Source: Candidatus Omnitrophota bacterium (lineage in GTDB: Bacteria; Omnitrophota; Gorgyraeia; Gygaellales; Profunditerraquicolaceae). From it: DNA of 64,000 nt. The notes beneath the pieces were generated by a model. That model made no database searches. It was given only the letters and a program-made list of their open reading frames with translations, and had not been told where the DNA came from. A program made the position numbers and the translations under genes. Positions 19,920-29,194 of the stretch are shown in pieces. Each line of letters starts with the position of its first letter. The stretch's first letter is position 1. Location: positions 2,113 to 66,112 of the forward strand of contig JAQUOV010000002.1 of assembly GCA_028716965.1 (NCBI GenBank), given 5' to 3'.

Positions 19920-22103
19920 TCATTTGTAATGGGCGAGTTTACGTTTTCTAAAATCTTCTTCAACTATTTTGATTTTGACAGAAAATAAATTATTTTGGTT
20001 AAAAGAACTTTTGCCATTAAGGAACCTGCTTTTTACCTCAAGTACCCTGCCTCCGAGCTTAGTTTCGGAATTTTTTATCGCGGGGGCATATTCGCCTTTT
20101 AATCCCGATACATCCAACAGGCAAGTCGGCAGCTGTCCTTTTATTTTTTTCCGACCTCTTAATCCTATAAAAGGCGTATAAGGATTCTTAAGCTCAACTC
20201 GCGTCGTCTGGCCGCCCGGATCAAATCTCCCTTCTCCCCAAGAATCTATCCAAGTATGATACCGGGTTGACAAAATAAGCATCGTTTTGCTTACAAAAGC
20301 CTTTGTCCCATTTTTTAAAGCAACTTCTATATCCCAATCAATCTGTTTTTCATCTAGTATTTTTATCTTCCATACCTCATCCAGGAACTTATTATTTCTT
20401 CTTAATAATAATTCTGAATCACTCAATTTTTGGCAATCCCAATACCCTTGAGCCGGTTCTATCCTCTCCCCGTTGTCAAATTCAAAACAATTTGCAAATC
20501 CCCTGCCTCGCGTTAACTTCCTCCCTTCCCAGAATAAACTTAAATTTCCGTTTTCAAAAAGCAACGACAGCCTGCCAACATTTAATCCGCTAATTTTAAC
20601 CTGGGAAGCAAGATTCCTTTTACGCCATACACCTTCTTGAGATAAAACAAAAACCGTTCGAATCAAAAACCGGATAATCTTAACAGCAGTAATCAATAAG
20701 CCATGTTTTTTAAGATTCTTTTTCAATAGTAAAAAATACCCTGATTTCTTCGGGGCCCTTTTTGCACAATGCAAAGCCCATTCTTTATATGCGTATCGAA
20801 TAGCAAATGCCAAATTTTTTTCCGACAGCCGAGGATATGTTATTACACTTTTATTGTTTCCATCATATTCTGCCAGATCATCTGAAATTATATATCCGCT
20901 TTCCTTCATCTCCTTAAAAAATACCGTACCTGGAAACGGCGTAGCTATAGAAAACTGGATCGTAGCAGGGTCAAGCCTAAGCGCTAACTCTACCGTTTTA
21001 TAAATACTCTCTTTCGTTTCTCCAGGCAACCCGAAAGTAAAAGTCAAATGACTTTTAATACCCAGCATTTTAGTGAGCCTGATTATTTCTTCTGTTTTCT
21101 TGAGATTCATATTCTTGCCTGCCTTATCGATAAGTTCTTGACTTGCAGATTCTACACCATATTTTATTGCATACAAACCTGCCTGGCGCATTGCAACTAA
21201 AATTTCTTCATCCATCAAATCTGCTCTCGCCATTATCCCCCAGGGCACATTCAACGAACGTCTTTTAATCTCATCACATAGGCTAAACATCCTTTCCCTG
21301 CCGCAATTAAAAGTATCATCGTCAAAATATACGGATTTAAAATGCATCTTTTTTACTAAATACTCCATTTCATCAACGATATCTTTTACGTCCCTAGTTC
21401 TATACTGGTTACTTTGGTACATAACCTGCGGCCAAAGGCAAAATTTACATCTATATGGACAGCCGCGGCTGGCAAGCATCTGTACTGAAGGAAGGGGCAT
21501 ATCTCCCGGTGTATCATTATATCTTTCCATAGGTAATCCTTCACGCAATGGCCAAGGCATCTTATTTAAATCAACCAACGCACGCAAAGAAGTTATTCTG
21601 ATACCTCCCGCATCACGGTAAATAAGCCCTGCGACATCATTTAAGCTATTATTTGCTTTTAAGTTAGTGACTAAATCCAAAAGCGTAAATTCATACTCGC
21701 CTACAAGCACATACTTAATGAAAGGGTACTTTTTAAGGAAGGCTGGCTGTCTTATGGTAATGTCCGGACCGCAAATTGCGATGGGAATATCCTTGCCGAT
21801 TTTTTCAAGTATCCCCATGTCATGGATCAGGCTTACCGTTGAGGTCTCGCATACTAAAAGCTGAGGATTTATTTTTCTTATCTGCCTGAAGAAAGTACCA
21901 TAACTCTTTTTCTCTGCAATCGCATCTACTAACTCAACGTCAAAGTTGTTTTGCTTAAGGAGTGCAGCCGCATACGCTAAAAAGAAAGGAAAAGGCAGGT
22001 AATCTTTTTCAGTTGGTCCTTTTAAATGCGGCCAGCGCGAGCCAGCTCTTACCCCTGTTTTTCCAAAGCTTTTCCAGGGTAAATTAGCAAGAATTATTTT
22101 CAT
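19920..22103 (-). CDS. B12-binding radical SAM protein with a C-terminal extension of about 220 aa homologous to the Wzt C-terminal repeat
   Basis: CPYRCKFC at about residue 214 after a B12-binding-like N-terminus. The C-terminal segment LSLLFENGNLSLFWEGRKL...VWKIKILDEKQIDWDIEV...YHTWID aligns with repeat C of ORF 25303-28125 (LFWEGVEL...QWEIALLNEKTIQWNIRQ...YREW). Confidence 0.7.
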   Translation of the reverse strand: MKIILANLPWKSFGKTGVRAGSRWPHLKGPTEKDYLPFPFFLAYAAALLKQNNFDVELVDAIAEKKSYGTFFRQIRKINPQLLVCETSTVSLIHDMGILEKIGKDIPIAICGPDITIRQPAFLKKYPFIKYVLVGEYEFTLLDLVTNLKANNSLNDVAGLIYRDAGGIRITSLRALVDLNKMPWPLREGLPMERYNDTPGDMPLPSVQMLASRGCPYRCKFCLWPQVMYQSNQYRTRDVKDIVDEMEYLVKKMHFKSVYFDDDTFNCGRERMFSLCDEIKRRSLNVPWGIMARADLMDEEILVAMRQAGLYAIKYGVESASQELIDKAGKNMNLKKTEEIIRLTKMLGIKSHLTFTFGLPGETKESIYKTVELALRLDPATIQFSIATPFPGTVFFKEMKESGYIISDDLAEYDGNNKSVITYPRLSEKNLAFAIRYAYKEWALHCAKRAPKKSGYFLLLKKNLKKHGLLITAVKIIRFLIRTVFVLSQEGVWRKRNLASQVKISGLNVGRLSLLFENGNLSLFWEGRKLTRGRGFANCFEFDNGERIEPAQGYWDCQKLSDSELLLRRNNKFLDEVWKIKILDEKQIDWDIEVALKNGTKAFVSKTMLILSTRYHTWIDSWGEGRFDPGGQTTRVELKNPYTPFIGLRGRKKIKGQLPTCLLDVSGLKGEYAPAIKNSETKLGGRVLEVKSRFLNGKSSFNQNNLFSVKIKIVEEDFRKRKLAHYK

Positions 22104-22107
22104 ATAG

Positions 22108-25100
22108 CTATAATTTCAATAAAAATTTACTTAAACTATATTTATCCATTAATTCATTTATTCTAAAAATTACCTGGTGAGTATCGCAATGCTTACAAAA
22201 CTCATCATATAACTTAATCCCATTGGCAAGTGTGGCCTCTTTATTCTCTGCGATGTATTTAGCCTGGATCCTTATCTTGTTATACTCTCCAGAATTCCAT
22301 ATCTCTTTAAAACATTTTCCGTTTATGCTGTCAATAATACGCAGATGGCAACAAATACTTACATCTCCTTTTGCTAAAATGAGGCTAAAAAACCAGCCCA
22401 CGGGACAACCAAGCCTAAAAGGCAGCTCTTCTGACCAATCTCCTGTTGTTGGATTATAATTCTCAAGTTGAAACTTTATATTATTCTGCAATTCTATATC
22501 CTCTTTCTTCAGGAACTGTTCAACATCCTTTAAAGACTTTCTTAAGAAACTAATATGCTCAGCTTCCAATTGAAGGGACTTAATATTTTTGTCTAAGCGC
22601 GCCAGATAAAACCTGGTTTTGTCCGCACCTATAAGCGCATCAATCTTTGCCATTTCTCCTAACTCATGATAATTTAAATTATGGATAACGTGTGTCATCT
22701 GCAGAAGCGGTTTATTTTTGCCGGACTTCTCTCTTAGATGCATTAGATGCTTTAAATTATTAACGACTTTATGAAATGTTTCTTTTGTACGAGATGAATT
22801 AATCCGTGCGTATGTCTCTTCCGTCCCAGCAGGAAGGCTGCAGAAAATCTCATTTATTTCCAGATCTACTATTTTCTTAGCTTTTTCTTCATCCAAAAGG
22901 ATGGCGTTTGTAAAAAATAACACCTTTAAACCTTTATCTCTGGCATAGCCGGCCATTTCAAAAAACCTATCATCTAAAAGCGGCTCTCCATCACCCTGGA
23001 ATATGATTTCATCACATAAAAGCTCGACTGCGTTATCCACTATTCCTTTAAATAATTCAAAATCCATCTTTGCTTTTACTCCTGGAACAGAAAGTTTGCG
23101 AACCGGTGTATGTATCCAGCAGTGGATGCAGTTTGTATTACATTTATGAAATGTATCGATCACTATCGTCTGAGGGCCGATAAAAGGATGCTCTACAATC
23201 ACCCCTAAAAGCCTTATTAGATCTTTCTCATTATACTGATCTGCCTGGGAAGACACAGTATGCAATAACTGCGGCAAGTCTTGGTCTTTTAAGAAAAAAC
23301 TAATGTTATCGGTTTGAATGCGCAGCTGAAGTTCTTTTACATACTCAATGAAGTTTGTATAAAGCTTTTTCACCGGGAAAATATCCAAAGTAACGCACCG
23401 CAAGTCTACCCGCTGATTAATGAGATTTGAATAAAATTGAGCAATTTCATTCAATCTAAAAAAGTTGTATTTTGATATACCGATTTTTATACTTATCCTC
23501 CTCTGAAACGGAAGCTTTAGTTTCGAAATGACTTTTTCAAAATCCCCTGTGGTCCCGCTTATCCTGTCGTGGATAATCTGGCTATCTCCAAACACAAAAA
23601 CTTCATTATCTTCAACTGTATGTGTTTTTAAGGAATCCAACTCCAGATTTTCTGCTAGCTGGAATACATCGGAACTCTTGACAAGTCTGCGATTAAACCT
23701 ATTCATTACGCGTTCCAAAACGGATACATCTTTATAAAACTTGATAGATATTTTAAAATTAGGATAAACTCCCGGATGAATCAATTCTTTTTTCTCTTCA
23801 TGAGCGGCAGTAAGGACTCGCGAACTCACTATGGCATCAGAATTTTGAATGGTTAAGACGTCATCTTTTCCGATATGGCGCACATACAATAATATGGAAG
23901 GAAAATCTTTCAAATGTGAGGTTAAGCCTATAAAAAACGGTTTTCTCTGGATGAGGTGGATGTCTTTAAATTCTGGAGAAAAGGCAGGGAAACCGCCCAT
24001 TTTTGCACGGGAAAACCAATCGTTATACCCCTTGCTTAAAAACAAGGAGGCATTGCTTTGATCTATGCGCAAAGAATCTCGCACCTGTATACTTTCCTCC
24101 CATAATAAATTGTTATCTTTTAAAACTAAATGCCATCGGTAGGTGATAGGAAGATGTTTATGGGTTAAATGCGCGACTAATTCCTGAGAAGACAAATTAT
24201 CTATCTGCGCTTCTGAATCTGAAGAACCAAACCAACGCCCCTCTGAAAGTATGCGCGTATAAAGCCCCCACCATTTAGTAATCTCAGATCCATTATTGTA
24301 TATATGAACACGGTTTTCTTCATCAATGTATATTTTAAGATTGCTATTTTGGAGAGTACGATTTCTTTTCTCCTGGGCCTTGCGTTCCTCCTGCCTTTTC
24401 CTCTCCTCCTCCGCTAGTTCCTCCTGCCTTTTCCTCTCCTCCTCCGCTAGTTCCTCCTGCCTTTTCCTCTCCTCCTCCGCTAGTTCCTCCTGCCTTTTCC
24501 TCTCCTCCTCCTGCTGTAAAAAAATACCTCTTTCGTAACTCTCCCTGATTTCTTGCAATTTATCTTCCAGTATAATCTTATCCGGATAGAATTCTATTAT
24601 TGCTTTAAAATAACGGTATGTTCCGCTGCTATATATTTCTTCTTTTTCCTCAAGTTGCATCTTAAGCACGCGGGCTGAAAAACGCTCGTCGGTATTCTGA
24701 ATCGCCAGCTCCGTATTTGGACCACCATCGTTCTTAAGGGTAATACTCGGAAAATCTTGGGATGAAGAAATTACTCCAATAAAGTCGGGGTTATTTTCTG
24801 ATAACACTATATTCGTCCACTCTTTAGTAAATTCCGTTTGAAAATTATCCTGCGCTAAAGGAACAGTCCATTCCTGATAATTCTTTGATAAAAATAAAGC
24901 CGCATTTCTTCTATCAACCCGTAATGAATCTTTTAGCTGGATGTGCACATCCCAGGAAATTATATTCTGGGGCATTAGTACAAGGTGCCAGACTTGAATA
25001 AGCGGAAGAGGCGTAAAATTAAAATAAATAAAAAACTCCCCTTGCGATACCTTTTCTATCTTGAGGCTGCAATCTGAAGAACTATACCATTTTCCGTCAG

Positions 25101-25299
25101 AAAATATCCCCGTGCTTAAGCCAAACCATTTGGTAATTTCGTTATCTTTATAATAAATCCTGAATCTGTTTTCTTCATCAATCCAAAGCCTTAATCCTTC
25201 CTGGGAGATCGTGCGAGAATTCATCTGTTTTTGAATCTGCGTTTTTCTATACCCCTTTAGCTTCCTTTTAATAGCTGCCATTAAACTTAACATATACAC
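22108..25299 (-). CDS. Giant multidomain radical SAM protein: two N-terminal Wzt-C-like repeats split by an (EEERKRQEELA)n charged linker, then an rSAM/SPASM catalytic region
   Basis: CNTNCIHCW at about residue 715 with a C-terminal Cys cluster. Residues about 34-250 and about 318-480 are internal repeats (WFGLSTGIFSDGKWY...PLPLIQVWHLVL...ISWDVHIQ against WWGLYTRILSEGRWF...HLPITYRWHLVL...LLWEESIQ). Both resemble the Wzt C-terminal repeats. The track start is a GTG; the first ATG is at 25293. Confidence 0.7.
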   Translation of the reverse strand: MYMLSLMAAIKRKLKGYRKTQIQKQMNSRTISQEGLRLWIDEENRFRIYYKDNEITKWFGLSTGIFSDGKWYSSSDCSLKIEKVSQGEFFIYFNFTPLPLIQVWHLVLMPQNIISWDVHIQLKDSLRVDRRNAALFLSKNYQEWTVPLAQDNFQTEFTKEWTNIVLSENNPDFIGVISSSQDFPSITLKNDGGPNTELAIQNTDERFSARVLKMQLEEKEEIYSSGTYRYFKAIIEFYPDKIILEDKLQEIRESYERGIFLQQEEERKRQEELAEEERKRQEELAEEERKRQEELAEEERKRQEERKAQEKRNRTLQNSNLKIYIDEENRVHIYNNGSEITKWWGLYTRILSEGRWFGSSDSEAQIDNLSSQELVAHLTHKHLPITYRWHLVLKDNNLLWEESIQVRDSLRIDQSNASLFLSKGYNDWFSRAKMGGFPAFSPEFKDIHLIQRKPFFIGLTSHLKDFPSILLYVRHIGKDDVLTIQNSDAIVSSRVLTAAHEEKKELIHPGVYPNFKISIKFYKDVSVLERVMNRFNRRLVKSSDVFQLAENLELDSLKTHTVEDNEVFVFGDSQIIHDRISGTTGDFEKVISKLKLPFQRRISIKIGISKYNFFRLNEIAQFYSNLINQRVDLRCVTLDIFPVKKLYTNFIEYVKELQLRIQTDNISFFLKDQDLPQLLHTVSSQADQYNEKDLIRLLGVIVEHPFIGPQTIVIDTFHKCNTNCIHCWIHTPVRKLSVPGVKAKMDFELFKGIVDNAVELLCDEIIFQGDGEPLLDDRFFEMAGYARDKGLKVLFFTNAILLDEEKAKKIVDLEINEIFCSLPAGTEETYARINSSRTKETFHKVVNNLKHLMHLREKSGKNKPLLQMTHVIHNLNYHELGEMAKIDALIGADKTRFYLARLDKNIKSLQLEAEHISFLRKSLKDVEQFLKKEDIELQNNIKFQLENYNPTTGDWSEELPFRLGCPVGWFFSLILAKGDVSICCHLRIIDSINGKCFKEIWNSGEYNKIRIQAKYIAENKEATLANGIKLYDEFCKHCDTHQVIFRINELMDKYSLSKFLLKL
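24385..24516 (-). repeat. Perfect 33-bp tandem repeat, 4 copies, in-frame within CDS 22108-25299. It encodes (EEERKRQEELA)4, an E/R/K-rich linker that probably forms a single alpha helix
   Basis: The plus-strand unit ttcctcctgccttttcctctcctcctccgctag is repeated head-to-tail from 24385; the last copy has a variant end. It translates on the minus strand to LAEEERKRQEE repeats. Confidence 0.8.
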
Positions 25300-25302
25300 C
25301 CC

Positions 25303-28125
25303 TTAATCTCCGACTGTTATCCTGCCACTGAAATAGAGTTTGTCGGCTTCCTGCTTTTCGAAACTGCTATTCAACATCAGTTCACATTGTAAAGCTCTTG
25401 CTTTAAAAAAACTATCAGTATTCTCAATCGCAAAGTAACGGGCTTGATGCCCATCATTGCAATCTAAAGTAATCGCAGGAAGGATCTGGCCATTGGATAC
25501 TGCCTCTCCGGTCCTGTCGCAATACACACCTATCGGCTTACTTGTATCGCCACACCATATCCTGTCCCAGAACATGCCATTATGTTCGATAAATTCATCT
25601 GAAAATGATCCTTTTATCTTATTGCGCACAGACCATTCCCTGTAGCTATCTGTGAGCATAAGATTAACCTGTCCTTTTTGCAAAATAAAATGCTCCCAAA
25701 TCTCCTGCCGTATATTCCATTGTATCGTCTTTTCGTTCAACAAAGCTATCTCCCACTGCTGTATAAGAGGGACCCATGGCCATCTGCTTACAACTACTAT
25801 CTTATTTTCTAACGACTCGTTTATCTGCCATAAAGCCTGGGTTGAATCACACCATATGTCTGAATATTGCACCGAAGTATAGAGCCCTAATTTCTTACTT
25901 AACTCTACCCCCTCCCAAAAAAGACGAATTTTACCATATTCAAAAACCAAAGACGTTCTTCCCCGTTCTAACTTGGCTAAAGCACACTTCTGCCGGCTGT
26001 CTATCATAATCTTATCGGTCTCTGCTGACGATGCTTCAAGCTCTTTTTCACCCGCGCCCACTCTTACCTCTCCCCCGAAATACTGGTATACTCCGGACTC
26101 CATATCGGGATCTTCTTGTTCGTCAACCTCTACAAAAAATAACCTCGTAATTAAATTATCATCTCTGGGTTGGGAAAGATAGGATACGTAAGGGACTGCT
26201 GCATTATGGCTAAATAAAACCTTTGGCAAGGCAACTTTACCGCTTTCATCCAACAACTCAACCCCGGTATATTTATTTATGTATTTATTAAGAATGGCTA
26301 ATTTCCCTTGTTTATCTTTCCCTTGAAAACTCCCCTTTTCATCCGGCGTTATCCAGTCTTTATACCGGCCGCTAAGCATAAGCTCTGTTTGTTTCTCTCT
26401 TATTTTTACTTTCCCGCTAATTTCCATCTTTACATTCCATGAAATTAGATTACCGCTTTTCAAGCTTAACTTCCAGACTTGGGACAATTGCGAAAGCATA
26501 TCCCAAGAAATAGCGATCGTAATCTCGTCCTTATTTTCCTTACGTATAATCCAATTCCCCTCCTGGGCGTTATATCTTTGATCATTGCATTTAAATCTTG
26601 TATTAAAACCTGTGGAATGCGTTATTAACTCATTATTAAAATATAATTCAACTTTTTTCTCATGGCAACGAAGGATAAGCGGCCCTTTACTTATTTCTGC
26701 CGATTCCTGCTTTACTGTTTTGGCATTCTCTATATAGGTTTTGAGAATTTTATCCTCGGCATCAAAAACAGTTATCTTAGAGAGAAAACAACGGCACTGC
26801 TCAAGTGAATCTTTGCCTGTCGAAGAGGGTAAAAGAGGCTGGAAATGGATTAACCTGGCTTCCAGATCAGCTCCAGTATTACCAACCCGGCAAATCGTCA
26901 CAAAATCATTTTGTAATCTTTCAAAAAGCAGGGTAGGCAATAAATCCTGCTTGTCCTTTTCTCCGGACAATCCAATAATTTTATTTGTCGTATCATCGAC
27001 TGTAATTAAGTCAAACCTGCTTTCGTGGATAAATGAAGGAGGAAAATCCATTTCTCTGCCCAAGGCAAACCACTTAGTAAACTCATTGCTGAACATCAGG
27101 TCTATTGTGCACTTTTTAATACTGCCTTTGGAAACTTTATCTAAAATTACTTCCCAAATAAATTCTTTTTCGCTTAATACAGTTATTTTCCAGCGCAAAG
27201 AAACAGGAAGGTCGGGCCATCTTCCTACGGCGTTAATTTCATTTTCCGCTCCACTGTCAGATACTTCCCAGCAGGCAGCAGCAGAAAGAAACTCTTTTCC
27301 CGATGAGATTAACCTGGAATGCCCTGCCGAATTAGGCGTTATAGTCTTTTCTTTCCATCTTAAAATAAGCTTACCATTGTTAAAAATAACGCCTAACTTG
27401 CCTTTCTGCGCAATAGCAATGCCTTTTTTATCGCCTATCGATTCAAGATAATAACTGCATACTTCTTCTATGGGGCCATCTTTAATCATTGAGCCTTCCC
27501 TGATAAGAATGCCCCGGGAGCATAACCGCTTTGCCATCTCTATATCATGAGTTACAAGTATGATAGTTTTACCTTTTTGCTTTAATTCAAACATCTTATT
27601 GATGCATTTTTTTTGAGCATACATATCGCCTACTGCAAGGATATCATCTACGAGCAAGACTTCCGGATCAATGTGTATTGCAATAGCAAATGCCAAACGC
27701 ATATACATGCCCTGAGAATAACTTTGTACAGGGGCATTGATGAATCTTCCTATGCCGGCAAAGTTTACTATATCGTTATACTTATCATCTGTCTGTTCTT
27801 TGGTAATGCCGAACAACGAAGAGATAAGATATATGTTCTCTCTTCCGGTAAGCTCTTTTTGAAAACCAGCCCCGATTTCCATAAGCACAGAAATCCTGCC
27901 CTGCACAGTTACGGCTCCCTTGTCCGGCTCCAACATACCGGCAATGATCTTTAATAGCGTAGTCTTACCCGCGCCGTTCTCCCCTAAGATAGCGGTACAT
28001 TCTCCTTTTTTTATGCTAAAGTGCATCCCTTTAAGCGCCCAAAAGTCTTCCCGGGATGTTTTCCCATTTATTTTAAATTCAACCCTATATTTTAACCAAA
28101 CGTCATTTAACGATACTGTTTCCAT
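25303..28125 (-). CDS. wzt: Wzt/TagH/KpsT-family ATP-binding subunit of a polysaccharide ABC exporter, with a C-terminal extension of about 700 aa holding three copies of a Trp-rich, presumed carbohydrate-binding domain
   Basis: Walker A GENGAGKTT, ABC signature YSQGMYMRL (the Wzt/TagH-type variant), and Walker B LLVDDILAVGD. It sits directly beside an ABC-2 permease. The C-terminus carries three mutually similar repeats of roughly 200 aa. Confidence 0.8.
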   Translation of the reverse strand: METVSLNDVWLKYRVEFKINGKTSREDFWALKGMHFSIKKGECTAILGENGAGKTTLLKIIAGMLEPDKGAVTVQGRISVLMEIGAGFQKELTGRENIYLISSLFGITKEQTDDKYNDIVNFAGIGRFINAPVQSYSQGMYMRLAFAIAIHIDPEVLLVDDILAVGDMYAQKKCINKMFELKQKGKTIILVTHDIEMAKRLCSRGILIREGSMIKDGPIEEVCSYYLESIGDKKGIAIAQKGKLGVIFNNGKLILRWKEKTITPNSAGHSRLISSGKEFLSAAACWEVSDSGAENEINAVGRWPDLPVSLRWKITVLSEKEFIWEVILDKVSKGSIKKCTIDLMFSNEFTKWFALGREMDFPPSFIHESRFDLITVDDTTNKIIGLSGEKDKQDLLPTLLFERLQNDFVTICRVGNTGADLEARLIHFQPLLPSSTGKDSLEQCRCFLSKITVFDAEDKILKTYIENAKTVKQESAEISKGPLILRCHEKKVELYFNNELITHSTGFNTRFKCNDQRYNAQEGNWIIRKENKDEITIAISWDMLSQLSQVWKLSLKSGNLISWNVKMEISGKVKIREKQTELMLSGRYKDWITPDEKGSFQGKDKQGKLAILNKYINKYTGVELLDESGKVALPKVLFSHNAAVPYVSYLSQPRDDNLITRLFFVEVDEQEDPDMESGVYQYFGGEVRVGAGEKELEASSAETDKIMIDSRQKCALAKLERGRTSLVFEYGKIRLFWEGVELSKKLGLYTSVQYSDIWCDSTQALWQINESLENKIVVVSRWPWVPLIQQWEIALLNEKTIQWNIRQEIWEHFILQKGQVNLMLTDSYREWSVRNKIKGSFSDEFIEHNGMFWDRIWCGDTSKPIGVYCDRTGEAVSNGQILPAITLDCNDGHQARYFAIENTDSFFKARALQCELMLNSSFEKQEADKLYFSGRITVGD

Positions 28126-28130
28126 GCGCT

Positions 28131-28913
28131 CTAAATATACTTTAAAATATCTGTCTCTCTCTTAATAAAAACATAATACCCGATGCTTATACTGATAAAG
28201 GAAGATACTGCAGCCAATACCCAGCAATACAATGAGCCGGGAGAACCACTATAAAGCAATGACCTGTATATAACCGCGAAACTTGAGGCGGGATTTAACC
28301 AGACAATCCAACGTAACCCTAAGGGGATTACCTCCGCGGAATAGAATATCGGCGTCATCCAAAACAGGAGCATTACTCCTATATTCAATAAATACGCTAA
28401 ATCCTTACAGTATACATTCACTATGCTAAATAGCAGACAGGCACCTAACGTAAAAATAAAATGCAGTAAAATTGCTGCCGGCAATAACCATATATATCTT
28501 AAAATATCCATATTAATTACGGCAAAAAACGGAAGAATAATGATAAAACCGAATAGGAAATTCATAAAGTTGGCGCAAACCACTGCTATTGGTATTATTT
28601 CCCGCACTATAATAAATTGATTTAATATCCCCTTGTTTTTTTCCATTGAGGTAGTGGATTCCGTCAAAGAATTCACAAAGAAAAAAAATGGCAGGAGCGC
28701 GCTTAAAACATAGGAAGGGAAGTTCTTTATTCCTGTTTTCATTAGATTCGTAAAGACAAAATTAATCGCGATCATCAGCAACAAAGGATTTATAATAGCC
28801 CAAAAATACCCTAAATGAGAACCGACGTATTTATCTCTAAGGTTTTTTCTCACCATGCCGGACAAAATTTGTCTTTGCGCCGATAATTTATTAAATCTCT
28901 TCTTTAAATACAT
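28131..28913 (-). CDS. wzm: ABC-2-type polysaccharide exporter permease (Wzm/TagG-like)
   Basis: 260 aa with 6 predicted TM helices. Its position 5-prime of the Wzt ATPase and its size are typical of Wzm. Confidence 0.7.
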   Translation of the reverse strand: MYLKKRFNKLSAQRQILSGMVRKNLRDKYVGSHLGYFWAIINPLLLMIAINFVFTNLMKTGIKNFPSYVLSALLPFFFFVNSLTESTTSMEKNKGILNQFIIVREIIPIAVVCANFMNFLFGFIIILPFFAVINMDILRYIWLLPAAILLHFIFTLGACLLFSIVNVYCKDLAYLLNIGVMLLFWMTPIFYSAEVIPLGLRWIVWLNPASSFAVIYRSLLYSGSPGSLYCWVLAAVSSFISISIGYYVFIKRETDILKYI

Positions 28914-29164
28914 ACTACATTCCTTAATTTTTAGACAATAACTTTACCCTACAATAAACAATCCTCATAGGAACGTATACCCAAACCTTATACCTGCTAG
29001 GGGAAAAGACGTCAAAGAATACGGGTTCACGATTAATTGGCCTGCCTCCGGGACTGGTTTAAAAACCTCTAAGGTAGGAGACCGGTAAATCAACAAACTA
29101 TACTGCCAGCTATATTATATTCTGTATTCCATTGTTCTACAAGTACTTTTGCTTCAAGAAACAG

Positions 29165-29194
29165 TTGACCATTGGACGCATGGAGAGGTATAAT
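29165..29194 (+). promoter_or_regulatory. Candidate sigma70-type promoter: TTGACC, 18-nt spacer, TATAAT
   Basis: Perfect -35 (29165-29170) and -10 (29189-29194) consensus hexamers with an 18-nt spacer. It lies in the divergent intergenic region between wzm (minus) and the plus-strand block. It overlaps the TTG start the track proposes for the deacetylase ORF. Confidence 0.35.

Noticed and set aside
24385-24516. A 33-bp direct repeat array considered as a possible CRISPR-like or minisatellite element
   Set aside because: The copies are contiguous with no spacers. They are in-frame within a long ORF and encode a coherent E/R/K-rich helix. There are no cas genes. This is a coding tandem repeat, not a CRISPR array.
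26741-27451. 236-aa plus-strand ORF inside the wzt gene, and similarly the 205-aa ORF at 57825-58442 inside the DegT gene
   Set aside because: Both are antisense to genes with strong family motifs (ABC Walker and signature motifs; DegT). They are low-complexity, Ser/Leu-rich translations typical of shadow frames in AT-rich DNA.
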